A stretch of DNA of 64,000 bases from Deltaproteobacteria bacterium. GTDB taxonomy: Bacteria > Myxococcota_A > Polyangia > Fen-1088. The translations under genes and the position numbers were made by a program. Below are positions 48,008 to 57,548 of the stretch, one piece after another. The number at the start of each line of letters is the position of its first letter. The first letter of the stretch is position 1. The notes below the pieces were generated by a model. It was given only the letters and a program-made list of their open reading frames with translations. It ran no database searches and was not told the origin of the DNA. The DNA lies in NCBI GenBank assembly GCA_033763315.1, contig JANRKS010000022.1, positions 32,001-96,000 on the forward strand, in the 5' to 3' direction.

Positions 48008-48961
48008 ATGCACGCACACCGGCCCCGGATTCTTGGAGGCCGCCCCTTGGGGTTGGCACTGTTGTTGGCGCTTCTTTGCCCCATGGTGGCGGTGGCGTGC
48101 TCGAAACGCACACCAGACGTTCATGTGGCACAAGCGGCACCCGCTCCCACAGCCAACGCCAATACGGCGGAGGCACCAAAGGGGGCCGCAGCGGACGACG
48201 AAACCCCGCCCCCGGGCATCGACCTTTCGTCACTGGATTCGTTCGAGCGCAAGGTGTTCTTCCGCGTCGTCAACAAGGAAGCCTCGGCGTGCGGCAAAGC
48301 CCACAGCCTGATGTTTTCGTTAAAGAACGACCCTGGTTGTCGCAAATCTTTCTATGCCGCCCGCTACGTGGCGCGATTGGTGGAAGGAGGCTTCACAGAT
48401 TCAGAAGTCACTGAGGCGGTTGATAAGCGTTTTCGCAATCCCACCGTCGTGAAGCTGGATCCGACGGGAGCTCCGATCAAAGGCAGCAGCACCGGGCGAG
48501 TAACGTTGGTGGAGTTCGTTGACTACGAATGCCCGCACTGCAAACGCGTGCAACCGGTTTTGCGGCAAGTGGTGGATGAATTTCCAAATGACGTGCGGGT
48601 GGTCATGAAGCATTACCCGTTGTCGCAGCACACGAACGCGCGCTTGGCGGCCACAGCGGCCGTGGCGGCCCACATGCAGGGCAAGTTTTGGCCTTACAGC
48701 GAAAAGGTGTGGGAAAACTCTGAGTTTCTTACGCCCGCGCTGCTTGAAAAACTGGCCAAGGACGTGGGCCTTGATGTGACCAAATGGCGCAAAGATTCAG
48801 AATCGGAAGCCGCCAACGCCATTGTCGAAAAGGACAAAGCCCAAGGCGGTGCCGCCGGCATCCGGTCAACACCCACCATCTACATCAACGGCAAACTATT
48901 CACAGACTCAAGAGACGTGGAAAGCCTCCGAGATTGGATCACGGAAGAGCTGGGGCGCTAA
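48008..48961 (+). CDS. DsbA-family thioredoxin-fold lipoprotein
   Basis: Lipobox AVAC; TLVEFVDYECPHC, KHYPL, QGKFW, GIRSTPTIYINGK; extra N-terminal Cys pair (ACGKAHSL...GC). Confidence 0.88.
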   Translation: MHAHRPRILGGRPLGLALLLALLCPMVAVACSKRTPDVHVAQAAPAPTANANTAEAPKGAAADDETPPPGIDLSSLDSFERKVFFRVVNKEASACGKAHSLMFSLKNDPGCRKSFYAARYVARLVEGGFTDSEVTEAVDKRFRNPTVVKLDPTGAPIKGSSTGRVTLVEFVDYECPHCKRVQPVLRQVVDEFPNDVRVVMKHYPLSQHTNARLAATAAVAAHMQGKFWPYSEKVWENSEFLTPALLEKLAKDVGLDVTKWRKDSESEAANAIVEKDKAQGGAAGIRSTPTIYINGKLFTDSRDVESLRDWITEELGR

Positions 48962-48965
48962 CCGC

Positions 48966-49526
48966 ATGACACAGGTTGGTTTTTCGCGACGCCACTTTGG
49001 CAAAACGGTGGGTGGCGGTTTGCTGGCGCTGCCGTTTGTTGGGTGCGCCACAGGTGGTGCAGGGGTTGGCACCACGGGGCAAGCGGTGGGCGCCGTGGTG
49101 GTGGGGCAACCCATCCCCGATCTCAAACTCGCCGGTGTGGGCGGCCGTGGAAGCACAAGCCTTGTGGCGCTGCGAGGCCAGGTTGTGCTGTTGGACGTTT
49201 GGGCGTCCTGGTGCGAGCCCTGCAAAGTGGAGCTGCCGATGTTAGACGACATCGCGCGACGCTTGTCCGGCAAGAATGTGGTGGTGGCCGCGGTGTCGAT
49301 CGATCAGGAGGTGGAGAACATGCGCCTGTTCGTAGCCACTCGGAAGAAGTGGGCCTTGCGGTTCTTTCACGATCCGGCGGGCGCCGTGGCCGAACGTTTG
49401 GCCCCTCCGAAGATGCCCACGTCGTACGTGATCGATCAGCAGGGTGTGGTCCGCATGGTGAACACGGGCTTCGAGCGCTCGGATGCCAAACGCATCGAAC
49501 AGCGCTTGGTGACTCTGGCGGGCTGA
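48966..49526 (+). CDS. TlpA-family disulfide reductase, exported
   Basis: SRRHF Tat-like leader with FVGC; LRGQVVLLDVWASWCEPCKVELP; MPTSYVID..GVVR. Confidence 0.88.
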   Translation: MTQVGFSRRHFGKTVGGGLLALPFVGCATGGAGVGTTGQAVGAVVVGQPIPDLKLAGVGGRGSTSLVALRGQVVLLDVWASWCEPCKVELPMLDDIARRLSGKNVVVAAVSIDQEVENMRLFVATRKKWALRFFHDPAGAVAERLAPPKMPTSYVIDQQGVVRMVNTGFERSDAKRIEQRLVTLAG

Positions 49527-49571
49527 CAGAGTTTAGGGAAACGCGCGACCTTCCGATCAGGGTGGGTCGAC

Positions 49572-51860
49572 GTGGCGTGCAGAAGTGACAAACACAACCG
49601 GCAGAGGCTTTCAGCGGCCGCCGTTTTGCTGCTGCTGACGGCATCCCCCGGCCCAAGCATGGCGCAAACGCCGTCACGAACGCCTGCGCCCACCAAAACA
49701 CTGCCTGGCGGTCCTGTGCGCATTCGTGTGTCGCCTAGTGGCAGCATCGAGCTGGCAGCGCCACCTCAAGTCGTGACGCCAGCGAAGCCTGCGCCCGCCG
49801 CACGCGTATCCGCGCCCGCCGCCCCAAAGCCTGCAGCGCCCGCAGCAGCAACGCCCGCACCTGTGGTAAACGCCGCGCCACGGCCCAAAGCGCCCAGCTT
49901 GCCCGAGGCGCCCCCGCGGCCCACGCCCACAACGGTGCCTACGAACGACGCCGCAAACCCGTTCGCGCGCGTGCGGTTGCAAGGCCCCGTGACACCCGCG
50001 TTGGCGGCGGGGCTCAAGAAGCTCGCCACACCCAAGGAGGCGCCCCCACCCGCAGCCTCAGAGGTGCCAGACGTGGCCGATGAAACGGCGGCACCGGTTC
50101 CGTTTCATCAAGGCCTGGCACCGCTGCGGCCGCGAACGATGGCGCCAGACCAGGGGCCAACGTTGCTGCTGCCGCCTGCGCGTCCGTTCTTCGTTGAAGG
50201 TGAGCTCGAGGCATTCGTGGTTCGCCCGGTCACGCGGCGCAATTTCGTGGGCGTGGGCGCTGGCGTGTCGTCGATTCCCAATGACGCCAACACACTGCTG
50301 AACACCTTCTTCATCTCGATCGAGCCGCAAGTGGATGTCGTGAACGAGGCCTACAACTGGAAGCTTGGTTTAGGCGCTCCTTTGAATTTGCGCTTGCTCG
50401 ATACGCGTGGCGCTTTTGAGCAATGCCTTGATGGTGCGCGCGCGCTGCGAGCGCAAGGCGGCACACAAGACGCCGTTTCGGCGTACACCGGCTCGTGTTT
50501 GATCGATAGCAAAGACAACCTCACGCAAGGCATCGGCACGCTTCGCAAGGAAGACTGGGATGAGACCTCTGACTACGCCAAGGTGATGCGTTACTTCACG
50601 GTTGGCAAACCTGAAAACGACTTCTTTTTGAACATCAGCCGCCAGTTCGATCAATCGCTCGCGCATGGCACTGTGATCCGCGACTACAACGCGAACATCA
50701 ATTTCAACACGTCGCGCTTGGGCGCCACGATGGACTTTAACCGCGCCGCGATCGGCATCCAAGGCCTGGCGAACGATCTTGTGCGCCCCGACGTTCTCGG
50801 ATTGATGCTGTTTTTGCGGCCGTTTCGGCCATTCTCCGAAAACGTTTTGATGCGGAGCCTTTCAATGGGCTTCACCTACGCGCACGGAGTGAACCAGCCG
50901 CGGCGCCTGCTGTACGAACCAGGATTGTTTGCGCCCGCGTTCGACCAGCCGATTCCGAAGGTGGACGATAAGCTGAACATGATGGGCGCCGAATTTGGCG
51001 CGATCGATGTGTATGGCGTGGATCTGGAAGCCAAAGTGGTGCGGCTTTCGGAAAACGATCTCAAGATCTACGGCGACTTTCAAAAGATGAAAGGGTTCGG
51101 CTCAGGCATGACGTTGGGCGCGCTGTTTCGTTATTCAAAAGGCCAGCCCGCCACCCAAGCGCTGCGGGCACGCGCTGAACTGCAGTATTTCTCCGCCGAT
51201 TATCTGCCCAGTTACTTTGATACGTACCACGACATCTTCCAGAACCAATACCTGCCGGCGACCTACACAGGCTCGAACGGCTTAAGCTACAGCCCCACCA
51301 AGTGGCAATACCTTGAAGCCGCGCGCGGCGGCAAACCGCGGATTGGCGGATACTTTGAGGTCACGCATTCATTCTTGGACAAGTTGACGCTGGGCGTGGC
51401 GGGCCGCATTTGGCGCCCCGTGGGCTCACCCACCGACGCGAACTTCGATGGCCTTCGCTTTCCTGATTACGGCCCCAAGTGCACGAGCAAGAACGACGGC
51501 GACCTGGATTGCGGCAGCAAAACCGTGCAAGTGGCCGACAAGGGCTTCACGTCTTTGCGTCTGCGCGCTGAGCTGCCCTTCCGCAAGTTCCTGCAGGCCT
51601 TCGCGAGCTACGAAGTCTTCTCCGCGAGCCAAGAAGGCAGCTTGGGTGCTTTCAAACTCGACGGCGACAACGAAATCTTGTTTGGCGGCGCGCGCTTGAT
51701 GTTACTGCCGTTCTTGTTCTTCCAGGCCGAGACGCGGCGCTACTTCTTTCTCCAACGCGTGACCAACATCAACCTCGATACGGCCACCGTGGAACAAGAC
51801 CAGCGCTACCACGCCAACTGGACCTTCGCGTTTAGCATTTACGCCGGCTACGAGTTCTAA
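49572..51860 (+). CDS. Putative outer-membrane beta-barrel protein with Pro/Ala-rich N-terminal linker
   Basis: Signal-like leader; long Pro/Ala spacer; alternating-hydrophobic strands; C-terminal YAGYEF (BAM-signal-like). Confidence 0.65.
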   Translation: MACRSDKHNRQRLSAAAVLLLLTASPGPSMAQTPSRTPAPTKTLPGGPVRIRVSPSGSIELAAPPQVVTPAKPAPAARVSAPAAPKPAAPAAATPAPVVNAAPRPKAPSLPEAPPRPTPTTVPTNDAANPFARVRLQGPVTPALAAGLKKLATPKEAPPPAASEVPDVADETAAPVPFHQGLAPLRPRTMAPDQGPTLLLPPARPFFVEGELEAFVVRPVTRRNFVGVGAGVSSIPNDANTLLNTFFISIEPQVDVVNEAYNWKLGLGAPLNLRLLDTRGAFEQCLDGARALRAQGGTQDAVSAYTGSCLIDSKDNLTQGIGTLRKEDWDETSDYAKVMRYFTVGKPENDFFLNISRQFDQSLAHGTVIRDYNANINFNTSRLGATMDFNRAAIGIQGLANDLVRPDVLGLMLFLRPFRPFSENVLMRSLSMGFTYAHGVNQPRRLLYEPGLFAPAFDQPIPKVDDKLNMMGAEFGAIDVYGVDLEAKVVRLSENDLKIYGDFQKMKGFGSGMTLGALFRYSKGQPATQALRARAELQYFSADYLPSYFDTYHDIFQNQYLPATYTGSNGLSYSPTKWQYLEAARGGKPRIGGYFEVTHSFLDKLTLGVAGRIWRPVGSPTDANFDGLRFPDYGPKCTSKNDGDLDCGSKTVQVADKGFTSLRLRAELPFRKFLQAFASYEVFSASQEGSLGAFKLDGDNEILFGGARLMLLPFLFFQAETRRYFFLQRVTNINLDTATVEQDQRYHANWTFAFSIYAGYEF

Positions 51861-52687
51861 CGAGCGTCACCTGCAGCGTCGAGGCCCGCGTCGGCCGGGT
51901 TTCGAGGGCCATCGCCAACTGTGATCCGAAGGTTGTCGATCGCCCACGATTCATCGTCGTCGAACGCCATAATTTTATCGTTGGTCAAAGCGAACACCAC
52001 AGTGGCCGTGGGTGACGAATGCGGGATGCCTGAGAAGGCCGGCTCCAAAGCCATGTCATAGGCACTGTCCAGCCAGTAGGGTCCCTTGGAAAAGCCAAGA
52101 TCCACCCTTCGCGCCAACTCCACACCCGGAGCGGGCACATAGCTTTGCAGTGCATAGGTGATGTGGCCTGTAGCTGCCTCGATAAAACCTGTGTTAGCAA
52201 ACGATTGTTCAAAGATGGGATTGCCATCAAGAGTCACCAACAAAATATCTCCGCCGCCATCGGGTGACGTGCCATCCAACGAATCGATCGCCGCGAGCAA
52301 GAACTTGATGTCTATGGACGTATGCGGCGCCAAGGGCGACAACGTCACCACCACCTTCTTTTGCAGGGGGCACCACAAGAACGTTGTGGCGAACCTGTTC
52401 GTGGGCGAGCCCAGCGTCGCGAAACCCTGCGTGGGCTTGAGTTTGCAATCGCCGATGTTCACCTGTGGCGGAACCACACCTTCAAGGTCGCTGTAGAACG
52501 ACCGCAATGGTTCGGGCGGCACGGTGCCGTCGACCGACGCGAGCGCTTCGCCATCAACCGCCGCGTCCACAGCGCCATCGATCTGGCTGGCGCCGTCCCG
52601 GGCACCTACGCCTTGCGCCTGTTCGTCGCTGCAACCTGCCACCGACATCGCAAACCCCACCGCCGCAATCCACATAAAACGCCCCAT
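51857..52687 (-). CDS. Hypothetical lipoprotein with beta-sandwich-like domain
   Basis: Lipobox VAGC; FLLAAIDSLDG ... DESWAIDNLRI motifs. Confidence 0.6.
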   Translation of the reverse strand: MGRFMWIAAVGFAMSVAGCSDEQAQGVGARDGASQIDGAVDAAVDGEALASVDGTVPPEPLRSFYSDLEGVVPPQVNIGDCKLKPTQGFATLGSPTNRFATTFLWCPLQKKVVVTLSPLAPHTSIDIKFLLAAIDSLDGTSPDGGGDILLVTLDGNPIFEQSFANTGFIEAATGHITYALQSYVPAPGVELARRVDLGFSKGPYWLDSAYDMALEPAFSGIPHSSPTATVVFALTNDKIMAFDDDESWAIDNLRITVGDGPRNPADAGLDAAGDAR

Positions 52688-52794
52688 GCCGCCAGCTTAG
52701 AATATGTGGCGGGAATTTTCTGCTCTTTTGCAGCCTCGCCTGGTCTGCTACGCGGGGCCTCAGGCGCCAGCAGCCCAGCGTGCGATTCATGAAG

Positions 52795-54054
52795 TTACGG
52801 CGGCGCCGCGGCCCCCAACCACTTTTGCACCACGCCCACGGTGAGCCCATCACGGTCGGAATGGACGCCATGACCGTCGCCGTTTGGCCGGCCGGCGGGC
52901 ACCAACTGCCAAAAGAAACCGAGTGTGCCTCCGGTGGAAGCAAACAGGCGCTCCAGCCACGCGTCGTAGACCACGGCACGGACGTCGTCGGTGACGACGT
53001 CGCCTTGCCCCGCCAATCCGTATTCACCCAAATAAGCAACCTTATCGTTCGCACGCGCGATGCTGTCGTGGCGCGCAATCCACACCGCCGCGTCACCGCT
53101 CGATGTGAGCCCCCAAGAACGCGGGTAAAAGTGCGAGCTCAACAAATCAAGTGATGGAATGGCGGCCAAGCGGTGAAAGCTGGCGCCCATTCCTCCACTA
53201 ACGGCGTAGGTGTTTGACAGGCCCCGGTAAAGATTGGGCGTGTCGTCAAAGCCTTCGCCGCCATCGGCGATCAAATGGTTTGGAAACATGGTTTTTGCGA
53301 ACCGCGACAGGCGAGCCACGGTATCGGTTAAGGCGCTGGTGCCCACGCATGATTCGCAGCGAAACTCGTTGCCCAACTCCCACGCCATGATCGTGGGTTC
53401 ATCTTTGTAAGCCACGCCCGTGTATACGTTCACGCGCGACGACAGCAGCGCGACGTACTGACGCCACAGGGCTTGAAAGCTGCGGTCGGAGAAAAAATCG
53501 TTCTTCGATTTGCCCACCCACGCCGCCATGGCGGGCAACCCGCCATACTCCGGCCAATTGTTGGTCAATGTTAAAATGAGACGAATGCCGCGCGCCTTCG
53601 CTTCAGCCACAGCGCGATCCAAACCGCGCAGCCCCACTTCGCGAAACTGATCGGGGCCTGTGCGAATGGCAGAGCGATCGCGAGCCTCATTGAACGCCCA
53701 CAGCCGCGCCACGGGCAAACGCAAGCACACCATCGTATCGAGCGCTTGCAGCGCAACGCTTTCCGAATCACGTTCGCCCAGTTCGGCATTCGCAAACAGC
53801 TGCTGCAAGTAATAGGCGTTTGTGCCGCCCACGCGAAAAGGGCGGCCTTGCACCCACAGCGCGGCGCCCTGTTTCTGCACAAAGCCGGCGATGGGGGGCA
53901 GCGGCGCGCATGTGCCGGGAAACGTTTCTACATCAGGCGCGGCGTCCGGCGGAAAATACACACCAGACTCTTCGTCATCGCCGGGTCCGGCGCAGGCGCC
54001 CGCCAAGGCTGCAAAGGCAGCGGCGAAGGCGGCGGCAACGAACAAACGGCGCAC
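52795..54054 (-). CDS. Glycoside hydrolase family 5 (beta-mannanase-like) lipoprotein
   Basis: Lipobox AGAC; GTNAYY, RLWAFNE, LTNNW..YGG, RVNVYTGVAYKDEPTIMAWELGNE, HFYP, LGEYG, FWQL. Confidence 0.85.
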   Translation of the reverse strand: MRRLFVAAAFAAAFAALAGACAGPGDDEESGVYFPPDAAPDVETFPGTCAPLPPIAGFVQKQGAALWVQGRPFRVGGTNAYYLQQLFANAELGERDSESVALQALDTMVCLRLPVARLWAFNEARDRSAIRTGPDQFREVGLRGLDRAVAEAKARGIRLILTLTNNWPEYGGLPAMAAWVGKSKNDFFSDRSFQALWRQYVALLSSRVNVYTGVAYKDEPTIMAWELGNEFRCESCVGTSALTDTVARLSRFAKTMFPNHLIADGGEGFDDTPNLYRGLSNTYAVSGGMGASFHRLAAIPSLDLLSSHFYPRSWGLTSSGDAAVWIARHDSIARANDKVAYLGEYGLAGQGDVVTDDVRAVVYDAWLERLFASTGGTLGFFWQLVPAGRPNGDGHGVHSDRDGLTVGVVQKWLGAAAPP

Positions 54055-54093
54055 GGGTTGATTATGACCCGAAACGCAAACCGGCGCGCGCCG

Positions 54094-54279
54094 CTAGTTC
54101 ATCGCGTTGACACGCATCACGCCATCGTCGGACGAATCCGCGCTGGTGGAGCAGTTGCGGATCGAAAATTGATCGGCGCCGAACTTCTCAAGGCCCCATT
54201 CCAGGGCGTCTTCAAGCTCCTCAAACACAGCGGAGGGCTCGTTGGCTCCATCGGGAAAAATTCCGTAACGGCAGGTCAT
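54094..54279 (-). CDS. Small hypothetical protein (61 aa)
   Basis: ATG start; fills an otherwise empty gap; GC3-rich codons; protein-like YGIFP...AVFEELEDALEWGLEKFG. Confidence 0.5.
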   Translation of the reverse strand: MTCRYGIFPDGANEPSAVFEELEDALEWGLEKFGADQFSIRNCSTSADSSDDGVMRVNAMN

Positions 54280-54455
54280 GTTAAGCGCTCACTTGTTGGT
54301 GACGGCGTCACGCTGGCCGTTTCCCCAAACCGGATCAACCGCACCTTCGGACGTGTATCCAACTCATAGCGAAGTTTTGCAGACACCGCTGCGAAAAATT
54401 GTGTGGCAAATGCAAACGAACACATGACGCAGGTTTGCTTGGTATGAAATGACTT

Positions 54456-54992
54456 ATGTCGAAATGGGAAGATAAGGTGCTGGCGGAAACAAAGTTTCTT
54501 CGCTTGGTGCAGCGCGATGGTTGGAGCTTTGTGCAGCGGCCCAACGCCACGGGCGTGGTGTCGATCGTTGCGCTGACGGACGAAGGCGAAATCGTGTTCG
54601 TCGAACAGTTTCGCAAGCCACTTGATGCTTACACAATCGAATTGCCCGCGGGATTGGCGGGAGATGAGCCTGGCCATGAAGAAGAAGCCTTGGCGCATTC
54701 AGCCGCGCGCGAGTTGGAAGAAGAAACCGGATTTGTCGCAGAGCGCGTCACGCACTTGATCGACTGCCCCACGTCGGCGGGCATGACCGACGAAGTGGTG
54801 TCGTTTTTCTTGGCCACGGGCCTGCGTCGCGTGGGACCGGGCGGCGGCGTCGAAAACGAAAACATCACCGTACACATCGTGCCGCTCAAAGACGCACACG
54901 CTTTTTTGCTCAATTGTGCCGCCACGGGCAAATCGGTGGCGGCCAAGGCTTTTGCCGGGTTGCACTTCGCGCACGTGGCAACGCGCGCGTAA
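54456..54992 (+). CDS. Nudix hydrolase (ADP-ribose pyrophosphatase-like)
   Basis: VEQFRKP, IELPAGL, Nudix box AARELEEETG, ENENI. Confidence 0.9.
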   Translation: MSKWEDKVLAETKFLRLVQRDGWSFVQRPNATGVVSIVALTDEGEIVFVEQFRKPLDAYTIELPAGLAGDEPGHEEEALAHSAARELEEETGFVAERVTHLIDCPTSAGMTDEVVSFFLATGLRRVGPGGGVENENITVHIVPLKDAHAFLLNCAATGKSVAAKAFAGLHFAHVATRA

Positions 54993-55001
54993 CGTGCAAC
55001 A

Positions 55002-56042
55002 TTATTTTAATTCCGGAATGCCCTTAAGCGCGGCGGCCACGCTGTCGCTTGCGCGTTCCCACGCCTGCACCAAAGTGTCGTAGAACACGTCCTCGTCGCT
55101 GTTGTCGATCGCTTTGTGTTCCTCAATCCACTTGATTGTGCGCTTCATGCCTTCAAGGAATGGGATCGTGTAACGAAAGCCGAGATCTTCGCGCGCCCGG
55201 CTATTGTCGAAGATGTTGTGCAGATAAAAGTTGGTTTGGCACCAACCCGCGCGCTGCGGTGAGACGCGCATCAGCACGTCCGACGGTATGTAGATCTTGC
55301 GCGGCGGCGGCAGGCCAGCCGCAAGGGAGATCTTGTCGGTGTACGCGTTCCAGGTCATCCATTCTTCGCCCGCGGTGTGGTAAGACTGGCCGAACGTTTT
55401 CGCATTGCCAATTGCGTTGACGAAGGCACGCGCCACATCGTCGACGTGGCATGAAACCCACAGCGATGATCCATCGCCGTGCACAATCACAGGTTTGCCC
55501 TTTTTGATGCGATCAAGGTACGTGCGGTTGCCCAACAGGCTGTTGATGATGCCGCCACCCTCGCCATAGGTGTGAGCCGGCCGAATCACAGTCAATGCAA
55601 AGTCGCCGCGTTCGTGAGCCTCGCGCAAGATTCGTTCGCACTGCACTTTGGCCTTGCCGTAGTCGTTGAGTCCGGCGTGAGGCTCCGCCTCGGTGATCGG
55701 ATATTGACTGGCCGGCTTTTGGTAAACGTCGACGGTGCTGCAGAAGATCACTTGCTTGGCGCGTCCCCGGCACGCGTCGACCAAAGACGCGGCTTCCTCG
55801 GGCAGAAAGCCGATCATATCGATCACCACATCAAACGCCGGCCCCTCACGCAGCTTGGCAACGAAGTCCGCCGCATTCTTGCGGTCGCCTGTGATCAGCC
55901 GCGGCTCACCCGGCAACGGTAACTTTGGGCCGCTTTTCCCGCGGTTGAAGTGCCACAGCTCGACGTCAGGCCGGCTCGCGAGCAACTGCGTTGAAATGGC
56001 GGTGCTGATGAGGCCGGTGCCTCCCACGATTAAGACGCGCAT
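55002..56042 (-). CDS. NAD-dependent epimerase/dehydratase family protein
   Basis: MRVLIVGGTGLIS, FDVVIDM, FCSTVDVY, YGKAK (YxxxK), IRPAHTYG. Confidence 0.88.
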   Translation of the reverse strand: MRVLIVGGTGLISTAISTQLLASRPDVELWHFNRGKSGPKLPLPGEPRLITGDRKNAADFVAKLREGPAFDVVIDMIGFLPEEAASLVDACRGRAKQVIFCSTVDVYQKPASQYPITEAEPHAGLNDYGKAKVQCERILREAHERGDFALTVIRPAHTYGEGGGIINSLLGNRTYLDRIKKGKPVIVHGDGSSLWVSCHVDDVARAFVNAIGNAKTFGQSYHTAGEEWMTWNAYTDKISLAAGLPPPRKIYIPSDVLMRVSPQRAGWCQTNFYLHNIFDNSRAREDLGFRYTIPFLEGMKRTIKWIEEHKAIDNSDEDVFYDTLVQAWERASDSVAAALKGIPELK

Positions 56043-56141
56043 GTTTGATTCCTGGGGTCTGCAACGATCGTATAGGGCGACCAATGGCGACGCCCTTTCT
56101 GAGCGATACGATTTGTGAGATATTGTGATCTATTGAAAGCC

Positions 56142-57542
56142 ATGTACACGGAAAAAGCATTGCCCGGGCCCGCGTGGAACTTGAATCAAGGCGCCTTGCG
56201 CGTTCATGAGAACCGCCGCCAACTTGTGCATACCAACGGGCAGCCGTTCTTCTGGCTTGCCGACACGGCGTGGGAATTGTTCCACCGCACGACGCGCGAA
56301 GAGGCGGCTTTGTATCTGGATAAGCGACGCGGCCAAGGCTTCACAGTGGTGCAAGCTGTGGCGTTGGCCGAGCTAGATGGTTTGCGTGCGCCCAATAGCT
56401 ATGGCCACACGCCGCTTTTAGATATGGACCCCGCGCGGCCCGACATCAGCGGTGATCGCAATTATTGGACCCACGTGGATGACGTGTTCGACATCGCCGA
56501 AGCGCACGGCATCACCATCGCGTTTTTACCCACGTGGGGCGATAAGGTGGGGCCCAAAGAGTGGGGCATTGGCCCCGAGGTGTTCACGTGCGAGAACGCC
56601 TTTGCCTATGGACGCTTTCTTGGCGCCCGTTATGGCAGGCGTAAGAACCTGGTGTGGGTGATCGGTGGCGATCGCTTTTTGGTTTATCAAGGCCGCGATC
56701 ATCGTCCGGTGTGGCGCGCGTTGGTGGCTGGAATCAAGGAGGGCGAAGGAGACGCGCACAACCTAATGACGTTTCACCCCGTGGGGGGCCAATCGTCGTC
56801 GTTGTGGCTGCATGATGAGCCGTGGCTCGACTTCAACATGATGCAGTCGGGACACGCCAAGCGGGGCGACAGCAATCACGACATGATCAGAGCCGATCTG
56901 GCGCGCCCACCCTATAAGCCAGTGGTGGATGGAGAGCCTCGTTATGAAGACCACCCCGTGGACTTCAAAGACGACAACGGTTGGTTCACCGACGCGGACG
57001 TGCGGCAGGCGGCGTATTCGGCTTTGTTCGCGGGCGCCTGCGGGCACACGTATGGTTGCCATCCGGTGTGGCAAATGCTGGATGGGGATCGAACGCCGAT
57101 CACGCGGGCGCGTCGGTCATGGAAGGAAGCCATCGACCTGCCGGGCGCGTGGGATATGCAACACGTTCGCACGCTTGTGCTCTCGCGGCCGGTTTTAGGG
57201 CGCATGGCCGATCCGTCGTTGGTTGCCGATGGCCAGGGCGAAGGCATCGATCGCGTTGAAGCGTGCCGAGACAGCGAGGGCAAATACGCGCTGATCTACG
57301 TGCCCACCGGACGTCCTGTGACGGTGAATCTGGCACGCCTGCGCGTATCAGAACAAGCCGACGGCGTGCAGGCCCACTGGTTCGATCCACGCACCGGACA
57401 GTGGCTCGCGGGCCCAAAGCGATCGGCAACCCGACTCACCGTGAAACAAACGTTCTTTCCGCCTGCGGTGGCGGCCGGCCCTGGCAACGATTTCGTGCTG
57501 GTGCTCGACCGCCTCGACGAGACCCCAAAGGGCAACCTCTAA
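56142..57542 (+). CDS. Glycoside hydrolase family 140 (apiosidase-like, DUF4038) with C-terminal putative collagen-binding domain
   Basis: GQPFFWLADTAWELFHR, GFTVVQAVALAE, LPTWGD, WVIGGD, LMTFHP, DFNMMQSGH, KPVVDGEPRYE, GHTYG, WFDPRTG. Confidence 0.88.
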   Translation: MYTEKALPGPAWNLNQGALRVHENRRQLVHTNGQPFFWLADTAWELFHRTTREEAALYLDKRRGQGFTVVQAVALAELDGLRAPNSYGHTPLLDMDPARPDISGDRNYWTHVDDVFDIAEAHGITIAFLPTWGDKVGPKEWGIGPEVFTCENAFAYGRFLGARYGRRKNLVWVIGGDRFLVYQGRDHRPVWRALVAGIKEGEGDAHNLMTFHPVGGQSSSLWLHDEPWLDFNMMQSGHAKRGDSNHDMIRADLARPPYKPVVDGEPRYEDHPVDFKDDNGWFTDADVRQAAYSALFAGACGHTYGCHPVWQMLDGDRTPITRARRSWKEAIDLPGAWDMQHVRTLVLSRPVLGRMADPSLVADGQGEGIDRVEACRDSEGKYALIYVPTGRPVTVNLARLRVSEQADGVQAHWFDPRTGQWLAGPKRSATRLTVKQTFFPPAVAAGPGNDFVLVLDRLDETPKGNL

Positions 57543-57548
57543 CAGGCC

